Shown here piece after piece: positions 26,345 to 41,681 of a stretch of 64,000 nt of DNA. The position numbers and the translations under genes are program-made. The DNA is from Eledone cirrhosa (Eukaryota), in NCBI GenBank assembly GCA_964016885.1, contig OZ024741.1, positions 274,598,001 to 274,662,000 on the forward strand. The letters run 5' to 3'. Positions within the stretch are counted from its first letter, which is position 1, and the number at the start of each line of letters is the position of its first letter. The notes beneath the pieces were generated by a model. That model was not told the DNA's origin. It saw nothing but the letters and a program-made list of their open reading frames with translations, and made no database searches.

Positions 26345-26625
26345 CATCCGTCGGTTCCGACGATGAGTTTTCCAGTTGTTCGAACAACGAAACAGTCTGA
26401 GAATGAAATTAACGTGTAAGTGGCTGAGCATTCTTCAAACAGGAGCCACATTTTCGGCGTAGTTCTTGGTGAAATTCAACCTGACGCTGTCTGTGAGCAG
26501 CCAGGCGCTTGAATCAATAAGTATAACTTATTTTTTGCCGGCTAAATGGATTTGAACAAAGTGAAATAAAGTACCTTGCATCAAGAGGCAACGCAGCGAG
26601 GGATTCGAACTCACAACCTTACCAT
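26345..26625 (-). mobile_element. Second tRNA-derived SINE family (OK-like)
   Basis: GGATTCGAACTC reverse B-box and GTGTAAGTGGCTGAGCATTC segment shared with 50112-50640. Confidence 0.65.
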
Positions 26626-27088
26626 TCTTAGAAATAGACATTAACCGTCACAGTCACCTTGGTAAACAATAAAGAAAGATATTCATCTCAGTGCGATGTT
26701 TTAAGAATGTGGCGGCCATTTTGATATTTTTTTAAAAAGTTTTCTATTTAGTCAGATGTGTTAAATATTGGTTTTACAACCGGAAACACTTCTATACGTT
26801 CTCGTATACCTCACGCCTTCCTCTTATCCCTCCCCCTCTCTCCTCTTTCTCTCTGCCCCTCTCTCTCTCTCCCTCCCCTCTCTCTACGCTTACATATATA
26901 CATATACATTTATGTGGTGTACATAAATACATACATGCATACATACATGCATACATACATACATACATGCATATATACACATATATACATCCATATGCAT
27001 GCATGCGTACATATATACATACATACACACACCGGAAGTCATCGGAAGTTACTATTGTGTAAATATTTCCACGAATATTTCCACGAAT

Positions 27089-27167
<79 letters not shown>

Positions 27168-27229
27168 TGGTGGTGGTGGTGGTTGTGGTGGTGTTGGGGA
27201 ACTCCTGACATTTTATTGTTGTCTAAATA

Positions 27230-29410
27230 TAAAGTTGTTATGACTGGTGGGGGTGGTAATGGTGTGGTGGAGGGGTGTATTGGTGGGGGTTGTTGACGTA
27301 TGGGGTGGGAGTTGTAGTGGTGTGGTGTGATGGTGGTGGTGGTTGTGATGTGGTAGAGGTGGTGTGGTGGTGGTGGTGGTGGTGGTGGTGGTTGTGGTGT
27401 CGTGTAACGTTGTGTAGTGGTGTGGTGTGACGGTGGTTGTGGTGTGGTGTGACGGTGGTGGTGGTGGTAGTTGTGATGTGGTAGAGGTGGTGTGGTGTGG
27501 TGTTGGTGGTGGTGGTGTGGTGTGACGGTGGTTGTGGTGTGATGTGACGGTGGTGGTGGTGGTGGTAGTTGTGATGTGGTGGAGGTGGTGTGGTGGTGGT
27601 GGCGGCGGTTGTGGTGTTGTGTAGTGTTGTGTGGTGGTGTGGTGTGACGGTGGTTGTGGTGTGATGTGACGGTGGTGGTGGTGGTGGTAGTTGTGATGTG
27701 GTGGAGGCGGTGTGGTGTTGGTGGTGGTGGTTGTGGTGGTGGTTGTGGTGTTGTGAAGTGGTGGTGTGGTGTGACGGTGGTTGTGGTGGGATGTGACGGT
27801 GGTGGTGGTGGTAGTTGTGATGTGGTGGAGGTGGTGTTGTGTGGTGCTGGTAGTGATGGTTGTAGTGTTGTGGTAAGGGAAGTTGTGGTGTCGTATAGTG
27901 TTGTGTAATGTGGTGTAGTGGTGTGGTGTAGTGTGGTGCAGTACGGTGTATTGTGGTGTGGTGTAGTGTGGCGGTAGTGGTGATTGTGGTGAGGTGTGAC
28001 GGTGGTGGTAGTAGAACTGGTTGTTGTGTGGTGTAGTGTGTTGTAGTGCGGTGTATTGTGGTGTGGTGTAGTGTGGTGTAGGGTGGTGTAGTGTGGTGGT
28101 AGTGGTGATTGTGGTGTGGTGTAGTGTGGCGGTAGTGGTGATTGTGGTGTGGTGTAGTGTGGTGGTAGTGGTGATTGTGGTGTGGTGTAGTGTGGTGGTA
28201 GTGGTGATTGTGGTGTGGTGTGGTGTAGTGTGGCGTAGTGTTGTGCAGTGTGGTGTGGTGTAACGGTGGTGGTGGTGGCAGTTGGGGTTGTAATGTTTTA
28301 TAGTGTTGTGCACTGTGATGTGGCGTGGTGTAGCGGTGGTGGTGGTGGTGATAGTGGTGGTGTAGCGGTGGTGGTTGTGGTGTACTGTTGTGTAGCATGA
28401 TGTAGTGGTGTGGTGTAATGTGGTATAATGTGGTGATGTAGTGGTGTGGTGTAATGGAGTGGTGTAATATGGTATAATGTTGTAGTGTGATATTGTATAT
28501 TGTAGTGAAAGATGATGTGTGGTCTGGTGTAGTAGCATCATATGCTGTGTGGTGTAGAGTTGTGTAATGCCATGAAATGTGAGGTAGTGTAGTGTTGTGT
28601 AGTGTAGTGTAGTGTAGTGTTGTCTAGTGTAGTGTAGTCTTGTCTAGTGTAGTTTATTGTAATGTGTTGAGTGAATTGTAGTGCAGTGTAATGTATTGCA
28701 GTGTAGTGTGGTGTAGTGTAGTGTAGTAGGATGTGATGTAGTGTAGTGCAGTGTAACGTAGTGTAGTGTATTGTAGTGCTGTGTGGTGTTATGTAGTGGG
28801 ATGTGATATAGTGTAGTGCAGTGTAATGTAATGTAGTGTGGTGTTCTGTAGTGTAGTGTTGTCTTGTGTAGTATATTGTAATGTGTTGTAGTGTAGCGTG
28901 GTTTGGTATAGTGTAGTGAATTGTAGTGTAGAGTAGTGTAGTGTGGTGTAGAGCAGTGTAATGTGTTGTATTTTAGTGTAGTGCAGTGTGTTAGTGCAGG
29001 TCGTAGTAATAGTGTTGGTGTTGGTAATAATTGTTTCTACTTTAGGCATAAGGCCAGCAATTACCCAGTGCATTGGTAATAATGTTATTGGGGTTGTTGG
29101 TGGTGATGGTGGGGTGGTGATGGTGGGGGGGGGGCAGTGCTGGTAGAGGTGACAGTGGTGGTATAGGGGGTTATCGCGGTGGGGGTTGATAGTGGTGGTG
29201 GTGTTAATGCCGATGGTATAGGTGGTAGTGGTAGTGTAGGTGATAGTGGTAGCGATGGTTGTGGCGGTGGTAGTGGTGGTGTAGGCAGTAGTGGTGGTGT
29301 AGGCGTTAGTTGTGGTGTAGGCGGTAGTTGTGGTGTAAGCGGTAGTTGTGGTGTAGGCGGGGTAGTTGTGGTGTAGGTGGTAATTGTGGTGTAGGCGGTA
29401 GTGGTGGTGT
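27230..29410. repeat. (GGT)n/(GTGTA)n low-complexity satellite field
   Basis: Degenerate tri- and pentanucleotide repeats; contains a SINE tail fragment at ~29027-29075. Confidence 0.9.
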
Positions 29411-29644
29411 TGTTCAGATCGATCTTGGCACAAGAAGCTGTCTTCATATTTTATATTATTTTATACTATTTTATATTACTTTAATATTTCATATTATTTA
29501 TAATTCAATGTCCCCCCTCCCCCTCCCTATAAATCTTGAACTAAAGTTTGACCTCGTGACTCGCTGAACCACTGGCTGGCTTTAAATTATTGAGCACAAA
29601 GGAAATAGAGCTTTTTTACCACCAATCCATGTACACAGGCAGGT

Positions 29645-30327
29645 GATATGTGTGCATGTGTATATACGTATATGTGTGTGTACGTGTATGTGTGTGTGTA
29701 CGTGTAGTGTATATGTGTGTATGTGTGTACGTGTATTTGTGTGTGTGTATATACGTATATGTGTGTATGTGTGTGTGTGTGTACGTGTATGTGTGTATGT
29801 ATGTACGTGTATGAGTGTGTGTGTGTGTGTGTGTGTGTACGTATATGTGTATGTATGTATATATATGTGTGTGTGTGTGTATGTATATATATTTGTGTAT
29901 ACGTGTGTATGTATGTATCTATGTGTGTATATATATGTGTGTCTAAGTGTGTGTGTGTGTGTGTATATGCGTGTGTATATATATATATATATGTGTGTGT
30001 GTTTATATATTTGTGTATACGTGTGCGTGTATAAGTGTGTGGGTATGTATATGTGTGTATATATGTGTGTATATATGCGTGGGTCTATAAGTGTGTGTGT
30101 ATATAAATGTGTGTGTATATATGTGTGTGTATATATATGTGTGTTTGTAAGTGTGTGTATGTATATGTGTGTGTGTGCATATGTATGTGTATATATGCGT
30201 GTGTGTATAAGTGTGTGTGTATATATGCGTGTGTGTATAAGTGTGTGTGTATATATGCGTGTGTGTATAAGTGTGCGTGTGTGTGTATGTATATATGTAT
30301 ATATATATATATATGTGTGTATGTATA

Positions 30328-30360
<33 letters not shown>

Positions 30361-31330
30361 GTGTGTGTTTGTAAGTGTGTGTATATATATGTGTGTGAGT
30401 GCATATGTATGTGTGTATATATGCGTGTGTGTATAAGTGTGAGTGTGTGTATGTATATATGTGTATATATATATGTGTGTATGTAAGTGTGTGTATGTAT
30501 ATGTGTGTGTATATATGTGTGTGTATAAGTGTGTGTATGTGTATGTGTATGTGTGTGTATATATATATATATATGCGTGTGTGTATGCGTGTATGTGTAT
30601 GTGTATATGTGCGCATATGTGCATGTGTGTATGCGTGTGGGTGTATATGTATATATATATATGTGTATGTATATATGTGTATATATCTGTATGTATGCTT
30701 GCGCGTGTGTGTGTGTGTATGTGTGCAAGTGTTTGTATGTATGCATATGTATGTGTATGTGTGCGTGTGGTACAAAAAAGGTGTGGGGGTGGGGTCGCGG
30801 TAATTATAAGATCCGCCGACCCACAGCTCACCGAATGCCGAGGTATTGTTTACTGGGACATGCATGAATTCCTCCCCATGGAAGAATCCGGGTCCTCATA
30901 GGTGAGTGACGAAGGGAGCAGTGGTGGTGGTGGTGGTCGGTGGTGGTGGTGGTGGTGGTGGCGGTGGTGGTGGTAGCGGTGGTCGTGGTGGTGGCGGTGG
31001 CGGTCGTGGTGGTGGTGGTGGTGGTGGCGGTGGTGGTTGTGGTGGCAGTGGCGGTCGTTGTGGTGGCGGTGGTCGTGGTGGTGGTGGTGGTGGTGGTGGT
31101 GGTGGTGGTGGTGGTTGTGATGGCGGTGGTGGCGGTGGTTGTGGTGGTTGTGGTGGTGGTGGTTGTGGTGGTGGTGGTGGCGGTGGTGGCGGTGGTGGTT
31201 GTGGTGGCGGTGGCGATCGTGGTGGTTACGGCGGTGGTGGTGGTGGTGGTGGTGGTGGTGGTAGTGGTGGCGTTGGTGGCGGTGGCGGTGGTGGTGGTGG
31301 TGGTGGTGGCGGTTGTGGTTGTGGTGGTGT
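29645..31330. repeat. (TG/TA)n compound tract followed by (GGT/GGC)n
   Basis: Simple repeats, interrupted by unique sequence at 30770-30920. Confidence 0.9.
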
Positions 31331-32281
31331 TAGGAGTAGGGAGTTATGAGGTGTCACCATCCGGAAAGACGACATCGATACAACGGTAAATGATGACGTC
31401 AAGTGACGTTATATTAGACGAGAATCAACGAGAACTGACGGCCACGTTGGTGACGACTGAGGTCATCTTTGGGAGATGTTTGTGGGAATAATTGCTGTTG
31501 TTGTTGTTATAATCGTGGTTGTTTTTGTTATTGCTGTGGTTGTTATTGTTGTTGTTGTTGCTGTGGTTGTTATTGTTGTTGTTGTTGCTGTTCTATTGTT
31601 AATGTTGATGTTATTGTTACAAACCAAGGCAAATTAATTTTATTGAGTAAAAATTTCATATTCACAAATTTACAAATATGAAGAAACAAAAAAAAGAGAA
31701 AATTAACTGAGGGAGGGGGTGGGGGTGGGGGTGGGGGTCTAAATTTTAAAATAATAAATAAAAAATGAAGGGAGAAAGGAGGAAAATTCTAAAGAATTGT
31801 GTGGGAGGTGCATTTCAACTATGTCTCACAGAAAAGATAACGAAAAAATTGCCGCAGAGAACAACCAACAATACCCGCTACATCATTCATTCCACCATAC
31901 GGAGCTCTTGCCTCATGCAAGATGACCTACTCTTGATTTTGAGCGGGAAAACTGCAATCCCCCAGGGGCCGAGGACAACAGGAATCTCAATGGCAACCGT
32001 AACTAAAATGAAACGGTCATTGAATCTTCGGTATTTAGTCAGCTTCCACTGCTTGGTGTTACGGACGACATTTTCCCAGGTTTAGCGTCGAGGTGAAGAC
32101 GTGGGCCCTTGAAAACGTGTCACAATACATGACATCACAGATTAGTGACTTACTCTCCTGGGGTCAGTCCAGCGTCATGCCATCTAGGAGCTTGCCATCG
32201 AGAAGGTCGACAGGATCTCTCAGAGATGGAAAGCCGGTTGCTTGATGGTATCTTTTTCTGCGGCCATTAGTTACGGATATT

Positions 32282-32545
32282 ACTCTCTGAGTTCAAATCT
32301 CAACGAACTCAACTTTTTACGGGGTCAATAAAATAAAGTACCAGTCGAATACTAGGGCCGATGTAAGCAACTTTCTTCTTCTTCTTCTTCTTCTTCTTCT
32401 TCTTCTTCTTCTTCTTCTTCTTCTTCTTCTTCTTCTTCTTCTTCTTCTTCTTCTTCTTCTTCTTCTTCTTCTTCTTCTTCTTCTCCCACTTATTCCTAAG
32501 GGAGTCGTGGCGGCAGAGTCCTCAAACACTTCTTCCAGTGTGTCT
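32282..32545. mobile_element. Partial SINE (+) abutting an RTE 3' tip (-) with a (GAA)n tail
   Basis: SINE core 32282-32372; (TTC)n 32374-32483; minus-strand WKKCLRTLPPRLP* resembles the ends of 19524 and 62465. Confidence 0.6.
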
Positions 32546-32638
32546 TCATCATCATCATCAACTTTTTCTTCTTTGGCGGCCGTGCTATTATTTGTAGTAG
32601 TAGTAGTAGTAGGAGTAGGAGTAGTAGTAGTAGCAATC

Positions 32639-32639
32639 C

Positions 32640-32689
<50 letters not shown>

Positions 32690-35450
32690 CATCATCATCA
32701 CCATCATCACCATCACTATCATCACCATCATCACCATCATCATCATCATCATCATGGCTATCATCATCACCATCATCGTCATCATCATCATCACCATCAT
32801 CATCACCATCATCACCATCATCATCATCATCACCATCATCACCATCATCATCACCATCATCATCATCACCATCATCACCATCATCACCATCATCATCATC
32901 ACCATCATCACCATCATCACCATCATCATCATCACCATCATCATCACCATCATCATCACCATCATCACCATCATCACCATCATCACCATCATCATCACCA
33001 TCATCATCATCATCATCATCATCACCATCATCACCATCATCACCACCATCATCATCATCACCATCATCACCATCACCATCATCACCATCATCACCATCAT
33101 CATCACCATCATCATCATCATCATCATCATCACCATCATCACCATCATCATCATCATCATCATCATCACCATCATCACCATCATCATCACCATCATCATC
33201 ATCACCATCATCACCATCATCATCATCACCATCATCACCATCATCACCATCATCATCATCACCATCATCACCATCACCATCATCACCATCATCACCATCA
33301 TCATCACCATCATCACAATTATCTGTATTATTAGCTGTATAAAGTGCAACTTTATTAAACATGAATTATGGGTCTGCTCCCCACCAGCACACCACCACCG
33401 TTCTGCTCCCCACCACCGCCCACTTCAGTTTTATTACCCTACTCCACAACCCAGTCACCCCACCCCTCCTTTATATTCCACCACTACTAACACTCTCCTC
33501 TTCCTGCCACCCCCATCACCATTCGTCACTCTCGTTACATACCCACTACCTTTTCTAACACTCTCTTCCCACTACCACCACCACCACTACAAACAACAAC
33601 ACCACCACCACCAACAACAACAACAACAACACCACCACCACCAACAACAACAACAACACCAACAACAACAACAACAACATCACCACCACCACGACCACCA
33701 CACCACCAACAACAACAACACCAACACCAACACCAACACCACCACCAATAACAACAACAACAACACCACCACCACCACCAACAACAACAAAACCACCACC
33801 AACAACAGCAACACCACCACCACCAACACTACCAACACCACCACCACCAACAACAACAACAACAACACCACCACCACCAACAACAACAACAACACCAACA
33901 ACAACAACAACAACATCACCACCACCACGACCACCACACCACCAACAACAACAACACCAACACCAACACCAACACCACCAACAACAACAACAACAACAAC
34001 ACCACCACCACCAACAACAACAACAACACCACCACCAACAACAACAACACCACCACCACCAACACCACCAACACCACCACCAACAACAACAACAACAACA
34101 ACAACACCACCAACAACAGCAATAACACCAACACCACCAACTACACGTGTAGTGATGATAGGGTGGTGCGGAGGAGCGGTGTTGTGGTGGTGTTATGACT
34201 ATGTATGATGTGGAGGTGTAGAGGTGTTGGTGTAATGGTAGTGGTGGTGATGGTGGTGTAGTGTTGTAGCGGTGTTGGTGTAATGGTAGTGGTGGTGATG
34301 TAGTGGTGTTGTGGTGATGTGGAGTAGTGGTGTTGTAATGTAGTGGTGTTGTGGCGTGGTGATGGTGTAATGGTGGTGATATAGTGGTGGTGGTGTAGTG
34401 GTGGTGGTGTAGTGGTGTATTGGTGTAGTGGTGGTGGTGTATTGGTGTAGTGGTGGTGGTGTAGTGGTGGTGGTGTAGTGGTAGTGGTGTTGGTGGTGGT
34501 GTAGTGGTGTAGTGGTGTTGGTGTAGTGGTGGTGGTGGTGGTGGTGGTGTAGCTGTGTTGGTGTAGTGGTGTTGTGGTGTGGTGTTGTTGTAGTGGTGGT
34601 GGTGTAGTGATGTATTGGTGTTGGTGCTGTGGTGCTGTAGTGTAGTGGTGTTGCTGCATTTGTGTGGTGTAATGTGGTGGTGTTGTGGTTCTGTAGTGGT
34701 GTTGTGTGTGGTTATACTCACACAAACAGACACACACACACACATATATACACACACACAACACAGACATACATACAAGCTCTCATTCATGCACACATAC
34801 ACTCACACACCCACACACACACACACTCACAAACACACAGACATACTCACACACACACACACACTTACACACATACTCACACACACAGACACACACTCAC
34901 AAACACGCATACTCATACAAGCTCTCACATACACTACACACACACATACGCACACACACATGCACACATTCACTTACACATACACACACATATGCACACA
35001 TGCACACACCCACACACATACACATTCACATATACACGCACACGCGTACACCCATACACACCCACTCACAAACACATACATATACACGCGTACACACACA
35101 CACTCACTCACATACACACAAACTCACACACACATGCACTCGCACAGACACACACACCCATACACACACACACACTCACAAACATACACCCATACACACA
35201 CACACTCACACACGCATACACACACACACTCACACACACACACACTCACATACACACATACATACACACACACTCACGTACACACGCAAACACACACACT
35301 TCCACAAACACATACACACACACACACTCACATACACATACACACACTCACACACTCTCACACACACACACTTACACACCCATACACACACACTCTCACA
35401 CACACATACACACACACTCACATATACACACACACACTCACACACATATA
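32639..35450. repeat. (CAT/CAC)n, (CAA/CAC)n, (GGT/GTA)n and (CA)n tracts
   Basis: Simple repeats; source of the poly-His, poly-Asp and poly-Thr ORFs. Confidence 0.92.
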
Positions 35451-35560
35451 AAGACGACATAAATAACAAAAGCCCGTTGCAAAACCGCAAAGAAATAAAG
35501 TTGGATATAAAAGAAGGAATATGGTGATGGGGGTGCGGTGAGAGGGAACCTGATTGTCTG

Positions 35561-35624
<64 letters not shown>

Positions 35625-35758
35625 GGATAGATCTCTTTCACTCTCCCTCCCTCTCTCTCTCTCTATATATATATATATTTCTGAATTTTGCGTTTCGTTT
35701 CGCCTTTTCTACCCGCCGAAATGAGATTCTCGCTGAATATATATTTATATACACACAG

Positions 35759-35788
<30 letters not shown>

Positions 35789-35790
<2 letters not shown>

Positions 35791-36396
35791 CAGGTCACCA
35801 GTTGGTGCTACTGGTAACATGTATCCGAGTACAACCTGTCCCATGGTCGGGTCGTTGGCGACTAAACTGGCAACCCTACCAAGGTTTCTTGGTGAGGAGG
35901 GTGACTTTGGACATCCTGCAGGACTAAAAACAAAACCTGTCAAAGGGCAAAGGAGCTCTTAAGAGTCAATGGCCATCCAAAATCACCGGGAGAGATGACC
36001 CCTTAGCATTCTCAAGGCAGAATTCTAGGAGAAGGAAAACTCTGATATAACACCTGCAACCCTGGTGGTATCCAATGATGTTGACTTGTTCTTCTTTTTG
36101 GTAAATATCATCTTGGTTAAGAGAGTGGGACTGGCTTTGCGCAGTGCCTTTGCTCACTATAAAAGCTTCACGGCACAGGCATTGCTTTATATCTGGAGAT
36201 CACTCTGCACTTGTCGTCACATGGTACCAAGGGCCCTGCACTATGTGTCAATAATTGTCACAAATGTAGTGTTTGTACCAGAGTTTTCAAGTCGCTGGCT
36301 GGACTAAAAAGTCACACTCGTTCAGCGCATCGGTAGGGGTTCTCCTACATGGATATAAAGTAGTGGCCGTACTCGAAAACGAGTTGGCAGCCACCA
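35789..36396 (+). mobile_element. Non-autonomous bipartite RTE derivative (second copy)
   Basis: Same 5' and 3' boundaries as 16609-17209; RTE-like 5' leader and C2H2-coding 3' end; TA-rich flanks. Confidence 0.8.
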
Positions 36397-36425
36397 TATA
36401 TATATATATATATGTATATATACAT

Positions 36426-36537
36426 CGGAGAGAGTGTGACCCCGTCGGCAGAGTCTATCCTATTACCCACTCTACTACTAAGTATTGAGTACTCTGGTGC
36501 GTTATGGTCCATCTGGTTCCTTACCACAACTCCTCCG

Positions 36538-36540
<3 letters not shown>
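36426..36540 (+). mobile_element. Short F2 copy (inverted stub + tail)
   Basis: GGAGAGAGTGTGACCCCGTCGGCAGAG inverted stub followed by the F2 tail ending TCCGTTA(TA)n. Confidence 0.75.
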
Positions 36541-36605
<65 letters not shown>

Positions 36606-36813
36606 GGGGGGGTAGATAGATAGATAGGCATATATAGAGAGAGAGACGGGGGGGGAGAGAATGGCAGCCAGACAGAGAGCCACATAAAGAAGAGGAAAAA
36701 GAAGAAAACGTTAGATAAAAGAATGTACAGCTAAAAGGGGTGTTGTTTAGTGTAGTTAGTAGGATATATATATAGGTAGGTGTATATATATTATATATAT
36801 ATTATACACACAC

Positions 36814-36853
<40 letters not shown>

Positions 36854-37314
36854 GTATATATATATACACCTATATATACATATATATATATATGTATATA
36901 TAGGTGTGTATATATATGTGTGTATGAGTGTGTGTGTGTGTGTGTTCATGTGTGTATAAATATATGGGTATGTCCGTGTGTATACGCATGCACATACATA
37001 CTAACATACATATATATATATATTTATATATATATATATATTATATTCACACGTGCGCACACACACATACACACACATACACACACACACACATACATAT
37101 ACATACATACATACATACATACATACATACATACATACATACATACATACATACATACATACATACGTATGTATATACATGTATATATACATATATATAT
37201 AGTAACTAGTTGAGGTGGAGGGGGTGTTATTGTGTGGTGATGGAATATATCACTGAGAATGGCTGCAAATTAGACGAAATGTAAATTTAGTTGTACACAC
37301 AAGATAAAATATCG

Positions 37315-37333
37315 CTAGCGCCATCTGGCGACG
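37315..37333 (-). promoter_or_regulatory. CTCF-like motif
   Basis: Minus strand TCGCCAGATGGCGCTAG resembles the CTCF core; motif match only. Confidence 0.3.
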
Positions 37334-37692
37334 ACGTGATGAAGTAAACTATACCGAATAAAAAAAATACCCTCCCTTATTTCTATGTAGAAGATTGATA
37401 TTTTGATAGGGAGGACTTCGGGGAGGGAGGGGAGCTATCTTACTTTTAATCGAATTGGGAAGTCTTCCTTATGTCCTCGCTTCTAGAGATTTTTTTATAT
37501 ATTTTCCAATGTAGCCCTTCGTATAACTGTTTGTCTAACTATCTGTCTGTTTGTTTCGCTGTCTCTCTATTTATCACTTGTATAACTATCTATATATCTC
37601 TTAGTTTGTATATGTGTGTGTGTGTATATGTCTAATTCTCTAGTTATCTATCAGTTAGTGTATCTGTCTATATGACTATATCCCTCTATATA

Positions 37693-37751
<59 letters not shown>

Positions 37752-37934
37752 TTATATATATCGTCCGATGTCAACTTCTTTTCCCGTCTTTAAGAGTCTT
37801 CACCCTATTTTATAACGTATTTTATAGCATCTTCGCGCAGGAACACATCACCATCATCATCATCTCTCTCTCTCTTTCTCACTCTCTCACACTCTCTCTC
37901 CCTATTTCTCTCTCTCACTCTAACTCCCTCTTTC

Positions 37935-38289
<355 letters not shown>

Positions 38290-38293
<4 letters not shown>

Positions 38294-38665
38294 AAAAAAA
38301 GATGAAATCGAAAATGCAACTGGAGTCTTATTTTTAAAAAATATATATATATTTATTTGGTTCCTTTACCGGTTTCGCAGTTCTTCTGCTTTTCAAAAGT
38401 AGAGTTGAGATGGAGGGTCTGTGGTTTTTCTCACAGATGTGAGAAAAACCACAGACCCTCCATCTCAACTCACCTTTTGAAAAGCAGAAGAACTGCGAAA
38501 CCGGTAAAGGAACCAAATAAATATATATATTTTTTAAAAAATAACACTCCAGTTGCATTTTCGATTTCATCTCTTTTTCTTTATACTTCCACTCGTGTAG
38601 GACACCTCGGTTATTTTTCATTTTGTAAAAAGAAAAAAAAAAAAAAAAAAAAACCTCACTTTCTA
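38290..38665 (+). mobile_element. Family F16 palindrome with U3-A8 HHRs (38363-38400 minus, 38473-38510 plus)
   Basis: Arms 38290-38435 / 38438-38582, tail to 38665; CCTT-TTGAAAA-GCAGaagaaCTGC-GAAA-CCGG-TA-AAGG. Confidence 0.85.
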
Positions 38666-38669
38666 ATAT

Positions 38670-38763
<94 letters not shown>

Positions 38764-38887
38764 TGGAACATGCGAAGTTGTAGATGTGAAAGAGGCCTTT
38801 ATTAATAAATCTGATACATATTTCAATGATGAAGTAACATGACATCGAGGGGTTGAATTGAATTGTATCTATGTCTACCGTATGTAT

Positions 38888-38922
<35 letters not shown>

Positions 38923-39013
38923 AAAGTTCTATTTAAAGGAGACAGCCTCCAAAAGTAATGGTTGTATTTTAAAGGGTACGTCAAACCTATTTGTAAAACT
39001 GTTATATATTGTA

Positions 39014-39074
39014 TTTTGTCTGATGAAGGCATACCATAATTTAATGTGGTATCCCTGAAATATGTATAATGAAA
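39014..39074 (+). ncRNA. Type-I hammerhead ribozyme (F6 relative, element ~38920-39117)
   Basis: TTTTGT-CTGATGA-aggcatacca..tggtatccct-GAAA-TATGTA-TA-ATGAAA; downstream sequence matches F6. Confidence 0.8.
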
Positions 39075-39115
39075 TAAATATGGTTTTATAAATATAGTTT
39101 CCATTTATTAATATC

Positions 39116-39232
<117 letters not shown>

Positions 39233-39533
39233 TATAAAGTAAAGCATGTCCAGAGAATTATTTGATAATATATATACATCATTTCCTCTCCCAATTAGCA
39301 TAATTAACCACACAAAAAATCAATTAGACCAGGCTTTAAGATTAAAAGGCACCTATGAAGAAACAGTAAATAAATACACGACAGCGGCGTCTTCGCTGCC
39401 AACCGCTGTATAATATTTACCCAACATTTCAACAGCACGTGGAAATTAATTAAATATACGGTCAACCATACACAATTAGGTATAAAATTAAAGTTAGAAA
39501 TGCTTATATATATACCAGGATTAAATCACTAAT

Positions 39534-39610
39534 TCCCGACCCATGGGTTTCGCTCTTATTTTGAGATATCCTATTAAGGATAAATCTCGAGTTTAGAGCT
39601 CTTCAGGGGA
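39534..39610 (-). ncRNA. Type-I hammerhead ribozyme (family F18)
   Basis: Minus strand TCCC-CTGAAGA-GCTCT...AGAGC-GAAA-CCCATGGG-TC-GGGA; fully canonical. Confidence 0.88.
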
Positions 39611-39709
39611 CAAACTCGCTAGGAAAAATTATTTTCTGAAGTGGCTCCCGCCAAACACGAATTCAAAATGGCTGAGAACTGTGACGTGGCAGTGGTCAAG
39701 TCAGAAAGA

Positions 39710-39749
<40 letters not shown>

Positions 39750-39812
39750 CACGACTATATATAAATATATATATACATATAAATATATATATACATATAT
39801 ATATACACACAC

Positions 39813-39860
<48 letters not shown>

Positions 39861-39875
39861 GTGTATATATATGTG

Positions 39876-39925
<50 letters not shown>

Positions 39926-39951
39926 CGTGTGTGTGTGTTTGTGTGTGGGTG

Positions 39952-39982
<31 letters not shown>

Positions 39983-40020
39983 GTGTGTGTGTGTGTGTGT
40001 GTATGTGTGTGTGTGTGTGT

Positions 40021-40378
<358 letters not shown>

Positions 40379-40469
40379 TTATGTTGAGACAAAAAAACGT
40401 GGGTGCGAAGAGCCAGTACAAATGTTATTATTAGTTTCACGCTTGAGAGTGGGATATATATATGTATAT

Positions 40470-40527
<58 letters not shown>

Positions 40528-40531
<4 letters not shown>

Positions 40532-41573
40532 TTAAAACAATGAAATAAAAAATCAAGTCATCTAGATACTTCACTGCTTTACGATCGTTTCTAGATGGTG
40601 ATAATACATTGTATCTATACTCAGTTATTGATCTATGTAAGTTTACAAACTATCAGATAGAGAGAGTATTTACTTACATGCATATCACCAGCTGTTTTCA
40701 AAAGCAATAATAATTTTATTCAATAATAATTCTACTCAAATTTAGTAGCATGTTAGTATCATGTCCTTATTTGGAGGTTGTTGAAGAACTAACGAATCAA
40801 ATTGTTTTTTCATATGATGTTAAGAACAAAAGTAATACTTTAGTTGAGGTCATGACCCTTTGAAAGGAATGGTTGAAGGGTGTTAGTAGAAATGGCATAA
40901 AAATCTATTAGGAAGGAAGGCGATTGTCAAACTGATAGTTGAATGTATCTTGTATAGTGAATTTAAAAGGAATGTCAAAATAAATGGTGATTAGTGTTGT
41001 ATTGAGTTTTAAGGTGAATATAAATTAATGTTATGGCTAGGTAAGATAGTATATTAAAAGATGAAAATTATAATAAGGCAATAAGATACAGTAATGCGAT
41101 AATATACAACTTAACCAACACAATATAGTACGGTGTGGTAAATTGCACTTAGTATAATATAACATATTATACGCTCTAAAATATTACTAAGTATGTTTAT
41201 GCATAAACAATCAAACTCAGATAAGTACATGTTGGCATAGTTAAAACATAAATTTCATAGTCTACAAAGTGCATATATCCACACTATATATCTAACCAAA
41301 ATATACATACGTACAAATAGATGCAAACCTAAATACACATCCACACGCATGCATATAATCATATATATATATATATATCTCCATACATATCTATATCCAC
41401 ACATACACATCTATACCCCCATATATATATACACATAATCACATATATATATATATATACACATACACATATATATAAATATATACACACACATACACTC
41501 TTACATACATACATATATACATATACATACATATACACATATACATACATACATACATACATACATACATACA

Positions 41574-41609
<36 letters not shown>

Positions 41610-41628
41610 TACACATATACACACACAT

Positions 41629-41681
<53 letters not shown>

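Noticed and set aside
26710-27050. Promoter suggested by a YY1-like CGGCCATTTT and tandem CGGAAGT motifs (also AAGATGGCGGC at ~60036)
   Set aside because: Short motifs with no linked exon or other support
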